Numbered from the stretch's first letter, positions 23,349-34,993 are shown. The stretch: DNA of 64,000 nucleotides from Ascoidea asiatica JCM 7603 (GCA_001600695.1 BCKQ01000002.1:1296768-1360767), one strand, 5' to 3'. Notes: generated by a model from the letters alone, not told the origin. Numbers and translations: made by a program.

Positions 23349-24896
23349 TTATAATTTAGATGGATTTAAATCCATATTAAGATGAACAGATTTTGTACGA
23401 GTATAAGCTTCAAAACCAATATCACCTAATTCATTACCAATTCCACTCATTTTAAATCCAGAGAATGGAACTCTAATATCTTCATCATTACTTGAATTTA
23501 AATAAATTGAACCTGCATCTAAATTACTTGAAAGATAATGAGCAACTTTAATATTACTTGTAAAAACCATGGCAGCTAAACCATAAATTGAATCATTTGC
23601 ATAATCTAAAACTTCTTCTAAAGTTTCAAATTTTATAATTCCAACAACTGGACCAAAAATTTCTTCTTTAATTATTCTCATATCTGGTTTACAATCAATA
23701 AAAATTGTTGGATCAACATAATAACCTTTTTTATTTTCAATATCATTAATTCTTGATTTTTTACCACCAAGAATTAATTTACCACCTTCTTTAATACCAA
23801 TATCAATATAATTTAAAACTTTTTCTTTTTGTATTTTACTTATTAATGGACCAACTTTTGAATTTTCATTAAATGGATCTAAAACTTGATAATTTTCAAT
23901 AATAAATTTTTTAAAATTTATAATAAATTTATCATAAATTTTACTTTGTACAAAAATTCTACTATTTTGGGTACAATTTTGTCCAGAATTATAAATAAAT
24001 CCAAAACTTGACCATTTTATAGCTTCATTTAAATCACAATCATTAAATACAATCAATGGAGATTTTCCACCACATTCTAAAGTTATTGCTTTTAAATTTT
24101 CAGAAGCTAATTTTGAAATAATTTTACCAACTTTTGTACTACCAGTAAATGCAATTTTATCAATACCTTTATGTTTTGCAATTAATGAACCTGCAATATT
24201 ACCAATTCCAGAAATTATATTAAAAACACCAGGTGGGAAACCTGCTTTGTGAACTAAAGTCGCAAAATATAATAAAGATAATGGTGTAGATTCTGCACTT
24301 TTAATAATTATACAATTACCAGAAGCTAAAGCAGGACAAAATTTCCATGAAGCCATTGATAAAGGATAATTAAATGGACAAATTGAACCAACTATACCAT
24401 AAGGTTCTTGTAAAGTATAAGCTAATTTTTTTTCATTTAAAATCATTGTTTTACCTCTAATTTTTTCACACATTCCAGAACTATATCTTAATAATTCAAT
24501 AACTGCAATAATATCAGATTTTGAATTAAATTCTTTTGGTTTACCAGAATCTATAGATTCTATTGAACTTAAAATTTCTAAATTTTCTTCAGTTAAATCA
24601 GCTAATTTATTAAAAATTTTACTTTTTTCATAATTTGAAAAATTTTTCCAAGTTTTTTTAAATGCAAATCTTGCACTTTTTACAGCATAATTTATATCAT
24701 CTTCTTCAGCAGTATAAAATTTAGTTATAACTTCTTCAGTTGCAGGATTTATTGTTTCAAAAGTTGAACCTGAAGAAGAGTTTTGCCATTTACCATTAAT
24801 ATATAAACCTATTGGTTGTTTATAAATTTCTCCAGTTGGTAATTTAATATCAACGAATAATTCATTATCTATTTCAGTTTCTGATTGGTTTTCCAT
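23349..24896 (-). CDS. Cytosolic NAD(P)+ aldehyde dehydrogenase, Ald2/Ald3-type
   Basis: FTGSTKVG, LECGGKSP (catalytic Glu), NSGQNCTQNSR (catalytic Cys) and EEIFGPV; no mitochondrial presequence. Confidence 0.93.
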   Translation of the reverse strand: MENQSETEIDNELFVDIKLPTGEIYKQPIGLYINGKWQNSSSGSTFETINPATEEVITKFYTAEEDDINYAVKSARFAFKKTWKNFSNYEKSKIFNKLADLTEENLEILSSIESIDSGKPKEFNSKSDIIAVIELLRYSSGMCEKIRGKTMILNEKKLAYTLQEPYGIVGSICPFNYPLSMASWKFCPALASGNCIIIKSAESTPLSLLYFATLVHKAGFPPGVFNIISGIGNIAGSLIAKHKGIDKIAFTGSTKVGKIISKLASENLKAITLECGGKSPLIVFNDCDLNEAIKWSSFGFIYNSGQNCTQNSRIFVQSKIYDKFIINFKKFIIENYQVLDPFNENSKVGPLISKIQKEKVLNYIDIGIKEGGKLILGGKKSRINDIENKKGYYVDPTIFIDCKPDMRIIKEEIFGPVVGIIKFETLEEVLDYANDSIYGLAAMVFTSNIKVAHYLSSNLDAGSIYLNSSNDEDIRVPFSGFKMSGIGNELGDIGFEAYTRTKSVHLNMDLNPSKL

Positions 24897-26638
24897 TTTA
24901 TTTTAAATTCTAATTATATCAATACTATATTCTTGATTACTTTAAGAAGAAAATGAAATTAAAAAATGAAATAAATATATATTTATTTAAATATATTTAA
25001 ATAAAATTAAATTCAATTCTTTTCAAATATTTTCTTTAATTCTCCATAATTTTCACTGGCAGATTGATAAGTGATAATTAAGTGATAAAGCGATGCGAGA
25101 AGTATCCAAATGAGGAAACTGATTCCACCAGATCAAAACCCTGAAGAAAGCCCATAGATCTGGGGTTTCACTAGTCACCTGATTGTAAATATTAAAGAAC
25201 CATACATATGGTCTCGGCATAGTCCCGTGATGCAATTTTAAAAGTACCGTATATCTGGTCTCTGTTATTTTTTTTAAAAAAAAGAAACCCCACAAAAGTG
25301 GTCTCATCCGGATAAATAAGCTCACAAAAGCAACTTTTGCAGCAAAGTCAAAATAAAAGAACAAAGAAAACAGACAAAAAAGAAAGAAAGAAGAGAAAAA
25401 ATAAAAGAATAAAAGAATAAAAAAAATACTGCCAGTTATTTCTATTCAATCAAATTAAATTGACTTGAATTCTTTTTTATTTCTTCAGAAAATTGAGGTA
25501 TCTTTTATTATCTAAACATAACTGTAAGTTTAATTCTGAGGGAAAAAAGAATAAAAAACGTTGAATAATTGTAAATTTGCTCTATTTTGACTTGGAAGTT
25601 ATGCAAACATGCTTTAAAGCATCATGTTTTTTAGAACTAAATTTCAATATTACGTAGTCATTACCATATTATCGTCTTATTATCATCATAACATCATCAC
25701 ATTATCACCATATTATTTATCGATAAATATTAACAATTAACTTCAAAAGTAATCCAATTGAGATTAGCCAATAAAATAAATAAATTGTTGATTAAAATGT
25801 TGACTATTGTTGAAATGTTGGCTAAGTATTACACTAGTGTGTAAAATAAATATACTCTTGTTATCATAAATACAAATCTTATCAATAATAAGCTTGAATT
25901 TGATCAAGTTTAATAATCAAATTCCTCAGATGAAATCATAGCCCATTTAGTAAATATCCATAATATCCTTTATTTTGTATCCTTTATTTGAAAATGAAAA
26001 GGAAATGGAAATTGAAATTAAAACAAAAATACAATTCATGGAATGTTTGTTTATTACTTATAAAATTGGCTTTTTCGGTACTTTTCTCGTATTCATCGTA
26101 TTCTTAAACCACTTTTAATGAATAATTGTAAAATAATATTAAAATAATTGTAAAAAATTTGAATTACTGTTTTTTTTTAATCAATTTCAGTCAATTTCAG
26201 TCAATTTCGGTATAAATTAATGTCAAATTTGATCATATTTTATAAATTTATTTAAAATTTTATTCTTTCTCTTTTAATCGTTTATTCGATTTCTTTAAAC
26301 TAAACTTTCCTTTGTTTGAATTGTAAAAAAAAATTATTAAATTTACTCTTAATATTCGAATTTCATTTCTTTTACATAATTATTAAATAAATTAATATTT
26401 AAATACATCATGGTCTCACTTTTATATTAATTATTTATTTCTTCTTATCTACAATTATATCTATATCTCAATTCATTTCATATCATATCTATTCCAATTC
26501 AATTCATCTCAATACTGTTTAATATAAATTAACTCAAATAACTCCAATATATTTTAATCTATTCTATTACTCATTCAATATATCAATATATCAATATAAA
26601 TATCAATATAAATATACATACCAAGATAATATACAAAA

Positions 26639-27085
26639 ATGATTGAAACTTCAATGATTTATGAGGATAATAATATATTCAATCCAGCAATTATTAAAGT
26701 ATTTGATTCTAATTTTATATTTCAAGATAAAAATGAATTATTTAAATGGATTTTAGATCAATTTACAAGTATAAATTATTTAGTTATAATAATTGAAAAT
26801 AATAGTAATAGTAATGAAAATTTAAAGAAAAAACAAATAATAATAAATTCAAATTATAAATTTCATGCAAAATTATCAATATTAATTAAAAAAAAAAAAT
26901 ATAGTTTAAATTTAGATAAATCAATTAAAAAATTTACTGCTTATGCTTATAATATTAAAACTCCACTTTTAATAAATTTTAATGGTTTAAAATCAAATGA
27001 AATTAAAAATTATTATAATTTTAATAAATATAGTAAAATTTTTAAACAAAATGATAAAAATTATATTGTTACTTTTAATTCATAA
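26639..27085 (+). CDS. Hypothetical protein (148 aa), faint AFT/WRKY-GCM1-like resemblance
   Basis: Standalone ORF with ACAAAAATG start context and host-like codon usage; the family call is weak. Confidence 0.5.
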   Translation: MIETSMIYEDNNIFNPAIIKVFDSNFIFQDKNELFKWILDQFTSINYLVIIIENNSNSNENLKKKQIIINSNYKFHAKLSILIKKKKYSLNLDKSIKKFTAYAYNIKTPLLINFNGLKSNEIKNYYNFNKYSKIFKQNDKNYIVTFNS

Positions 27086-28111
27086 TCAAAATTATTAGTT
27101 AAATTTATTGGTTATTTGCTTTCTAGTTTTTTTATTATTATTATTATATATTTACACTCACTATACTGTATTATACTATATTATACTATATTATACTATA
27201 ATCATATCTTTGATATATTTGGTATTACAACTGCATTTGCTATAAACTTATTCGGATTAAATTCTTCACAATTTTGCTACTAGAAATGTATTTAGACATA
27301 GTTACAGATTAAGACACAAATTCAGACATATATTTGGATCTCAATTCCAATTTCAACTTTCGTTTCAAATAAGTTCAGTCTCCTGGTTTCTGGTAATTGA
27401 AAATTAAAATAGAACCCTACAACTTCCAAAAATATATTTCTTTTTTAATGATTAATTAATAGTAGGCTGGTTATTTATTAAAAAGTAAATTCGTATTCTA
27501 TTTTGATTTCCTATTTGATTAAAATTACAATCAAATTGAACTAAAGTAAAACAACAATATTTATTTTCCTACTTTCATAAATAATAAATAGATAATATTA
27601 TAAATAAATACTTAATACTTTCTTATAACGTATATTCGTATGTAAAGTAATTTATGCTACACCTTCTTTTGCAACGCCTTGTGAATTAAAGCCAGTACAG
27701 TAATGATACTTCAGATACTTCAGAGACTTAAGCTCTGTTTTGCAATTGTTGAGTTCATCGGGGAAATGAAAAAAAAACGAAAAGGGTCCTCTCTCCACCG
27801 CCACAAAGCGCCGCAACCTGGCTAAAGAACACCCACATATTTGGCGATAAGTGTTAAAATCCACAAGTATGGATGTAATGCTTGTGAACGTACTAAAGTG
27901 TACTAAGAACATTTAAATACATATAAATTGGGCCCACAGTGCTGGCTTTTTGAGTTTTGCAGATTTCTGAAATATTTTTTTTTTCTGTGGAGTGAAATTT
28001 TGAAATGAAAAAAAAGATGAAAATAATCAGAATTCACCAACAGAAGAAGATCAACAAGAAAAAGCTTATCAAGAAGACTAGAAAGAAAAAGTTCAATAGA
28101 GAAGAGAAATA

Positions 28112-31100
28112 ATGACTGAGATTTTAGCTGGAGGTTCTGCTCCTTTAGATGCTTTGCCTTCTGGTTGTGATATTACTTCTACTCAATCCATTACCAAATA
28201 TTTAAGATCTTCAAAACTTAACTCTTCAAAAGAAATTGAAGATGTTATAAATTTATTAAATTTTTTAATCAATGATATAAATATCTACAATTATGATTCA
28301 AAATTAGTGTATTTTCCAAATAAAGATTTATTTATCTTAGAATTCTTAATAGATAGATTAAATGATTCAAATTCAAAAAAATATTCAAATTTTAAAACTA
28401 ATTCAAAAATTTATTCATTATTTATAAACTTATTCAATTCATTTGAATTAAATAATGTAAAAAAAGATTCTAGTCAAATTAATAAAAGAAATAATTCATT
28501 AAAATATTTGAAAATTTTAAATTTATTAGATTTAATTTTATTAAATACTAACTCAAACAATACATCTTTATCAATTGATGAAAAAATTAAATTAATTGAT
28601 AATATTTTAAAAATTTTAGATTTATTATTAAGTAAAAATTTAATTAATCTATTAAAATTTCAATTGAATCATAATTCAATTGAATTTTTTTTAGTAAATA
28701 TATATACAAATTTTATTTCTTTAATCAATCAATTCTTTAATAATTTAATCAGTTCAAATTTGTTAATTGATTGGTTTAAAATTATTAATGATTTATTCAA
28801 TTATATTTTACAAATTAATAATTTAAATTTCCTTAATTTATATCAACATTTATCTGAAAAGTTTATTTTAAATTTAATTTCAACAAAAACTTCAAATAAT
28901 TTATTTATCAAAATTTTTCAATTATTAAATAATTTAAACAACTTAAACAAGACAACTAATTCAATTTCGGATTTCAAATTAATTGAAGAATTTAATATAA
29001 ATTTAATAATCTCAATATTCTTCTCAAATAACAATAATGATATAATCTTGAAATTATCTTCATCTTTTTTATCTTTAGATAAAAATACAAGTAATACAAG
29101 TAATGAAATTTATTTGAAATTTTATTCCATTTTCTTAACTAATTATTTAAAAAATTTAAACACTGATATAATTTATCCAAAATCTAAAAATAATTCATCT
29201 GATTCAAATTCAAATTCAAATCAAATTAAAAATCTAAATCAATCAATAATATCTTTAATTTTACCAAAATTAAATCCTTCAAATCATTTTGAGTTATTTC
29301 AATTAGTTTCTCCTTTTCAATCATATCTAAACAATAATATCATCAATAATTCTTCAATAAAATTATCAAATTATTTAATCTTTAAAAAAAATTTCCCATT
29401 ATCTATAGATTTCTATAAAAATTTATTCAATGATATTTTACAGATACAATCCAATGAAAAAAACTATTTAACTTTTTATAATTTAAATGATTTCAAATTT
29501 GATTATAATATATTTAATAATTTTATCACTACTAATAACAATAAAATAAATGAAAAAAAATTAGATTGGAATTATTTATTACTTCTTATAAATTTAAATC
29601 CATATCTTTCTTTAGAATATTTACCATTTATTTTCAAAAGATTATTCTCTTTGAAGTCTAATGATAATCCAAAGGATCTATTAATATCAATTATAAATAA
29701 TTTATATATTTCAAATTCATCAAATTCTTTATTAACCTTTATCAAAATTTACTCTTCATTTTTATTAATCGATTCAAATTCTTTAAATATAAAAAATTCA
29801 AAAATAATCAATTTAATTAACTCTTCAATTTCAATACTATCCTTCACACAATTAGATTCTTTAATCAATTCTCTTACAAAAGATATTAATTTAAATTTAT
29901 TTGAATCTGATAATAAAAATGATTCAAATAAATTTATAACAAAAAATTTAATTATTTTAAACTCAATTCTAGATTATTTTATTAATAATTATTCTTTTAA
30001 ACTTAAAAATATCAAATTATTAAAAACATATACATCGATTTTCATTAAAATAATGAATTATATAAATGAAACTTCAAATATGGATCATTATCTTATAACA
30101 AATTCAGAATATTGGTTATTTATTTATAGTTTACTTTATCTTTATAATGATGATGAAAATTTTAATGGACGTTTATGCTATAATTCAATTGAAAAAGATA
30201 CAGATACTAAAATAATTGAAGAATCTGATTCTGATTCCGATTCTGATTCGGGATCTGAGCCTGAATCTGACTCAAAAACTGTTACTAAGATAAATAATTC
30301 CAAAAAAAATGATAATATGTTTTTCAATATAAATATATTCTTTGACAGAATTGAAGTTTTTTCAAAAAAAGAAGAAAATTTTTCTAATGAATATTATTAT
30401 ATGACCTTATTTAGAGTTATTGAAATTTTTCAAGCAAAAATTAATTATGATAATAGCATAAATTGTGATATTAATATTAATGATATTTTTATGAAACTTA
30501 TTGAAAATTGTAAAAATGAAGGTTCAGTAAAAGTTTTAAAACTAGTATTCAAAAGATTCTTTTTATTAATCGAAAATTTCATCAATATGAAAGATTTAGA
30601 AAAATTGATTAAAAAATATTTTAAAATAATGATTGAAAAAGATGAAATTTCAAGTTTATTTGATAATGATATTTTATTTGAGCAGGTGAATATAATGGAT
30701 GCCATAATAAATATTTTAAATATAGAATTAAAAGAATCTAAAGATAAAAAGTTATATCAAAATATTGATTCAATTTTAACTATTCTTGAACATATTCCAA
30801 TATATTGTTATAAAAAAAATCAAAGAGTCACATTAATTGATTTATGTTTTGAAATTTCAATTGAATATACTCAATTTATTGAAACAAAAAATATTAAAAC
30901 TCTAAATAATTTCAAATTAATAAAAAATTGTAAAAAAATAATCAAAAAATTACTAGATTTTCCAACATTTAAAACAATTTTAGAAAATAATGAAAAAAAT
31001 TCAATACTTGAATTATTTGAGGGTAAAATTAATAAAGAAACTGAAATTTTAAAATTAAATGAAGATATAATTGAAAAAATAATCAAAAATTATGTAATTA

Positions 31101-32629
31101 ATCTAAAAGATGAAATAAATAAAAGTTTTTTACCTAAATTAATCAAATCAATCAATAAATATTTAAAACAATCATTAAAGAAAATTAAAGAATATAAAAT
31201 TTCTAATGAATATTTAGTTTGTTGTATGATTGTTTCAAAACTCAATCCTAAAGAAAAAAATGTAATTCAGAATAATGATATTGAAATTTTCAAAGACCTA
31301 GAGAATAATTTTTTTGATTTTAGTATAAAGTTGATTGAAATGAATGAAAATGTAAATCAAGAATATTTATCAAATATTTTAAGATATTTAAATGAAATGG
31401 AAGATAATTTTTTCAAAAATCAAACAAAATTAATCAAAGTTTTATCAAATTTCAAAATTCAAAAATTGTCTTCTGATGAGAATAGCTTAGAAGTTAAATT
31501 AAAAGTTGGAATATTTTTATTATACTGTAAAATATTTAAAATCAAAAATGTGAATGAGAATGAAAGCTCCTTTAAAGATAATTTATATATTTTAACCTTA
31601 TATTGCATTATAAATGAAGATTTAATTGAAAATGAAGATGAAGAAATTGAAAAAGGAATAGAAGAATTTTTAGATAAAATTTCATGTAAAGATATTTTAA
31701 AATTAAATGTAATTGTATTAAACTCAATGAAAATTAGTGATAATGATAACAATAAATTAATGATTGGTTATATAAGAATATTAAAAAATTCAATAAAGAG
31801 AATTAATCAAGATAAAAAACAACTAATCAATGAAAAAAATTTCAATTTTAATAAATATATGGTTAAAATAATGAATGATTTAAAAGATTTAGTCAACATA
31901 AAAAATTTCAAGGGTATAAATTTTGAAATTTTAAAATTAATTAAATTTATTTCAGTTGAAGCATCATGGTTAATTAATCAATATATAATTGAAGAAAATT
32001 TCAATTTATTATCAATGATTATTTATAAAGATTATTTGAATGAAATTGAAATTAAAGATTATTTAATAGTTTGTTCAATATTTTCAAATTTTTTATTATA
32101 TTATAGATTTCGTACAAACAATAGAAATCATTTAATTTTTAAATTATTATTTTCATTATTGGAAAAATTAACATTAAAATATAATAATAATGATGAAAAG
32201 AATTTAATATATAATTCAAAAGACTGTCATGAATCCTTTAATAGATTGATTACAAATATTGTTGAAGGATCTAGTGAAACATTTATCAATCCATATAATA
32301 AAAATAATCATGGAAATAAAGAAGAAAATAAGGAAGAAATTAAAGAAAATAAAGACAATAATACCATTAATTTGAATTCCAATTCAATTAAAAGAAAAAT
32401 TAGAAAAGATTTAATAATATTCATTGCAAATTATATTTATTATGATTTGAATTATAAATTTAATAAAAATTATAAGAAAATCTTACAAGAATCCACATAT
32501 ATTGTATTTGATTGTCTTAGTAAAGAAGATCTCAATTTTATTAATTATTCAATAGATCAAACAGGAAAGGCTTATTATAATAACTTATATAATGATTATA
32601 AGAGATTTGGTAAATGGAATGAAGTTTAA
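28112..32629 (+). CDS. URB2: Nucleolar pre-ribosome factor Urb2/Npa2
   Basis: N-terminal YFPNKDLFILEFLIDRLN; C-terminal Urb2 domain ending GKAYYNNLYNDYKRFGKW. Confidence 0.85.
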   Translation: MTEILAGGSAPLDALPSGCDITSTQSITKYLRSSKLNSSKEIEDVINLLNFLINDINIYNYDSKLVYFPNKDLFILEFLIDRLNDSNSKKYSNFKTNSKIYSLFINLFNSFELNNVKKDSSQINKRNNSLKYLKILNLLDLILLNTNSNNTSLSIDEKIKLIDNILKILDLLLSKNLINLLKFQLNHNSIEFFLVNIYTNFISLINQFFNNLISSNLLIDWFKIINDLFNYILQINNLNFLNLYQHLSEKFILNLISTKTSNNLFIKIFQLLNNLNNLNKTTNSISDFKLIEEFNINLIISIFFSNNNNDIILKLSSSFLSLDKNTSNTSNEIYLKFYSIFLTNYLKNLNTDIIYPKSKNNSSDSNSNSNQIKNLNQSIISLILPKLNPSNHFELFQLVSPFQSYLNNNIINNSSIKLSNYLIFKKNFPLSIDFYKNLFNDILQIQSNEKNYLTFYNLNDFKFDYNIFNNFITTNNNKINEKKLDWNYLLLLINLNPYLSLEYLPFIFKRLFSLKSNDNPKDLLISIINNLYISNSSNSLLTFIKIYSSFLLIDSNSLNIKNSKIINLINSSISILSFTQLDSLINSLTKDINLNLFESDNKNDSNKFITKNLIILNSILDYFINNYSFKLKNIKLLKTYTSIFIKIMNYINETSNMDHYLITNSEYWLFIYSLLYLYNDDENFNGRLCYNSIEKDTDTKIIEESDSDSDSDSGSEPESDSKTVTKINNSKKNDNMFFNINIFFDRIEVFSKKEENFSNEYYYMTLFRVIEIFQAKINYDNSINCDININDIFMKLIENCKNEGSVKVLKLVFKRFFLLIENFINMKDLEKLIKKYFKIMIEKDEISSLFDNDILFEQVNIMDAIINILNIELKESKDKKLYQNIDSILTILEHIPIYCYKKNQRVTLIDLCFEISIEYTQFIETKNIKTLNNFKLIKNCKKIIKKLLDFPTFKTILENNEKNSILELFEGKINKETEILKLNEDIIEKIIKNYVINLKDEINKSFLPKLIKSINKYLKQSLKKIKEYKISNEYLVCCMIVSKLNPKEKNVIQNNDIEIFKDLENNFFDFSIKLIEMNENVNQEYLSNILRYLNEMEDNFFKNQTKLIKVLSNFKIQKLSSDENSLEVKLKVGIFLLYCKIFKIKNVNENESSFKDNLYILTLYCIINEDLIENEDEEIEKGIEEFLDKISCKDILKLNVIVLNSMKISDNDNNKLMIGYIRILKNSIKRINQDKKQLINEKNFNFNKYMVKIMNDLKDLVNIKNFKGINFEILKLIKFISVEASWLINQYIIEENFNLLSMIIYKDYLNEIEIKDYLIVCSIFSNFLLYYRFRTNNRNHLIFKLLFSLLEKLTLKYNNNDEKNLIYNSKDCHESFNRLITNIVEGSSETFINPYNKNNHGNKEENKEEIKENKDNNTINLNSNSIKRKIRKDLIIFIANYIYYDLNYKFNKNYKKILQESTYIVFDCLSKEDLNFINYSIDQTGKAYYNNLYNDYKRFGKWNEV

Positions 32630-32994
32630 AATCATTTTCTCCTTGGATGATTTTGCTTCTGATTTAAAAAATTTGGTTTTATGGAAAGTTCAATTAAAGT
32701 TTTTAAGTTTATGGATTCTTTTTTTTTAAGTTTTTAAGTTTTCAACGTTTTGTAATTTACGAGTTTTAACATTTAAAGTTTTAGTGATCTTTTAAAAATT
32801 TGTAAAATCCAAAAGTTTGTTTTTTTAAAATTATTTCCGGTATTACTCCGAGGGTATAAATGAATTACGACCTTGATATTACTATAAACGGAAACGAAAC
32901 AAAACGTGCGTCCGGTTTCGGCGGTGTGCCTCGAGAGATGCCAAAATGAATTTTCAGATTCGAAAGCGAATCATTCGAGAGCTGAGCGAGTTTC

Positions 32995-33002
32995 TGAGTC
33001 AT
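32995..33002. promoter_or_regulatory. Gcn4-type site TGAGTCAT upstream of THR4
   Basis: Perfect ATGACTCA (reverse complement) about 180 bp upstream of an amino-acid biosynthetic gene. Confidence 0.65.
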
Positions 33003-33177
33003 CTCAGGAGAAGAAGAAGAAGAAGAAGAAGAGATCATCTTGTTGAGGAAGAAGAAGAAACAACTATCTGGTGAAATATTATTTAAATTGAAAATAATAT
33101 AGAAATTTTTTAATAATCTTTGTTATAGATTTGTTTTAGTTAATAATATATATATATATATAAATACAAATTTCATA

Positions 33178-34740
33178 ATGTCATCTCAAGAATATCGTTC
33201 AACACGTTCAAGTGAAAATTTATCAAGTTCATTTGAAGAAGCTGTTATTACTGGTCTTGGTAAAGATGGAGGATTATTTTTACCATCAATTATACCAAAA
33301 TTATCAAAAGAAGATATTGAAAATTGGAAAAATTTAAATTTTCAAGAACTTGCATTTAATATTATGAGATTATATATTTCAAATAAAGAAATTTCAAATT
33401 TAGAATTAAAAAATTTAATTAATGAATCTTATAAAACTTTTAGATCAAAAGAAATTACACCATTAATTGAATTAATACCAGAAAAAAATCTTTATTTATT
33501 AGAATTATTTCATGGTCCAACTTATGCATTTAAAGATGTTGCATTACAATTTGTTGGAAATTTATTTGAATTTTTTTTAAAAAGAAAAAATGAAAAAAAA
33601 GAAGTGAATGAAGAAAGACATAAAATTACAGTAGTTGGAGCAACAAGTGGTGATACAGGATCAGCTGCAATTTATGGATTAAGAAATAAAAAAGATGTAT
33701 CAGTATTTATACTTTATCCAACAGGTAGAATTTCACCAATTCAAGAAGCTCAAATGACATCAGTTTTAGATAAAAATGTTCATACATTTTCAATTAAAGG
33801 TACATTTGATGATTGTCAAGATATTGTTAAAGAAATTTTTAATGATAGTAAATTTAATTCTAAATATCATATTGGAGCAATTAATTCAATAAATTGGGCA
33901 AGAATTTTAGCACAAATTACATATTATTTTTATTCATATTATCAATTAATTAATTCAAAAAATTTTGATAAAAATAATAATAATAAAGAAATTAATTTTG
34001 TTGTACCAAGTGGAAATTTTGGAGATATTTTAGCAGGATATTTTGCTAAAAAAATGGGTTTACCAATTAAAAAATTAATTATTAGTACAAATGAAAATGA
34101 TATTTTAGATAGATTTTTAAAAAGTGGTAAATATGAAAAATTACCTGGTGAAGTTAAATCAACATTATCACCAGCAATGGATATTTTAATTTCAAGTAAT
34201 TTTGAAAGATTATTATGGTATTTAATTAAAGATTCTAAATTTAAAGAAAATAAATTAAGTAATAATGAAAAAGATTTTAAAACTGGAGAAATTTTAAAAA
34301 AATGGATGATTGAATTAAAATCAAATAATTCATTTATAGTACCAAAAGAATTATTAAATGAAGCTTTAAAAGATTTTAAATCTTCAAGAGTTTCAAATGA
34401 AGATACTTTAAAAACAATTAAGGATATTTATAATATTAATAAATATATTTTAGATCCACATTCTGCAGTTGGAGTTAATACATCATTAAAATTTATTAAT
34501 GAAAATAATAATAATAATAAAAATGAAAATTATATATCATTATCAACTGCACATCCAGCAAAATTTGCAGATGCTGTTAATGAAGCTCTTAAAGAAAATA
34601 AAGATTATAATTTTGATAAAGATGTTTTACCAGAAGAATTAAGAGAATTAAGTAGTAAAGAAACTAGAATTAAATTAATTCCAGAAGCTAATGTTGAATT
34701 AATTAAAAAATCAATAGTTGAAGAATTATCCAAAGAATAA
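33178..34740 (+). CDS. THR4: Threonine synthase
   Basis: YRSTRS, LELFHGPTYAFKDVALQ (PLP lysine), ATSGDTG, NSINWARI, VPSGNFG, STAHPAKF. Confidence 0.97.
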   Translation: MSSQEYRSTRSSENLSSSFEEAVITGLGKDGGLFLPSIIPKLSKEDIENWKNLNFQELAFNIMRLYISNKEISNLELKNLINESYKTFRSKEITPLIELIPEKNLYLLELFHGPTYAFKDVALQFVGNLFEFFLKRKNEKKEVNEERHKITVVGATSGDTGSAAIYGLRNKKDVSVFILYPTGRISPIQEAQMTSVLDKNVHTFSIKGTFDDCQDIVKEIFNDSKFNSKYHIGAINSINWARILAQITYYFYSYYQLINSKNFDKNNNNKEINFVVPSGNFGDILAGYFAKKMGLPIKKLIISTNENDILDRFLKSGKYEKLPGEVKSTLSPAMDILISSNFERLLWYLIKDSKFKENKLSNNEKDFKTGEILKKWMIELKSNNSFIVPKELLNEALKDFKSSRVSNEDTLKTIKDIYNINKYILDPHSAVGVNTSLKFINENNNNNKNENYISLSTAHPAKFADAVNEALKENKDYNFDKDVLPEELRELSSKETRIKLIPEANVELIKKSIVEELSKE

Positions 34741-34993
34741 ATAGTTAGTTAAATAAATAGTAATAAAAATATTAGCAATAATAAAATTAGTATATTTGCG
34801 TGCGTGTAGAAAGTAAAGTAGTTAGTTTAGTATGTGGAATGCTAAATGAGCGTGTAATTTTGAACGGCAACAAGGAATTTTGACATAAAGAAGAAGAAGA
34901 TGAAGAGAAATGATTGATGAAGACTATTGATTGATGATTGATGATTGATGATTGATGATTGATTGATGATTAGAGATTATATATATATTAGAT

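Noticed and set aside
22883-27912. Short ORFs in GC islands (22883, 22947, 25053, 27652)
   Set aside because: Stop codons are scarce in GC-rich promoter DNA; several use non-ATG starts and their codon usage is unlike host genes
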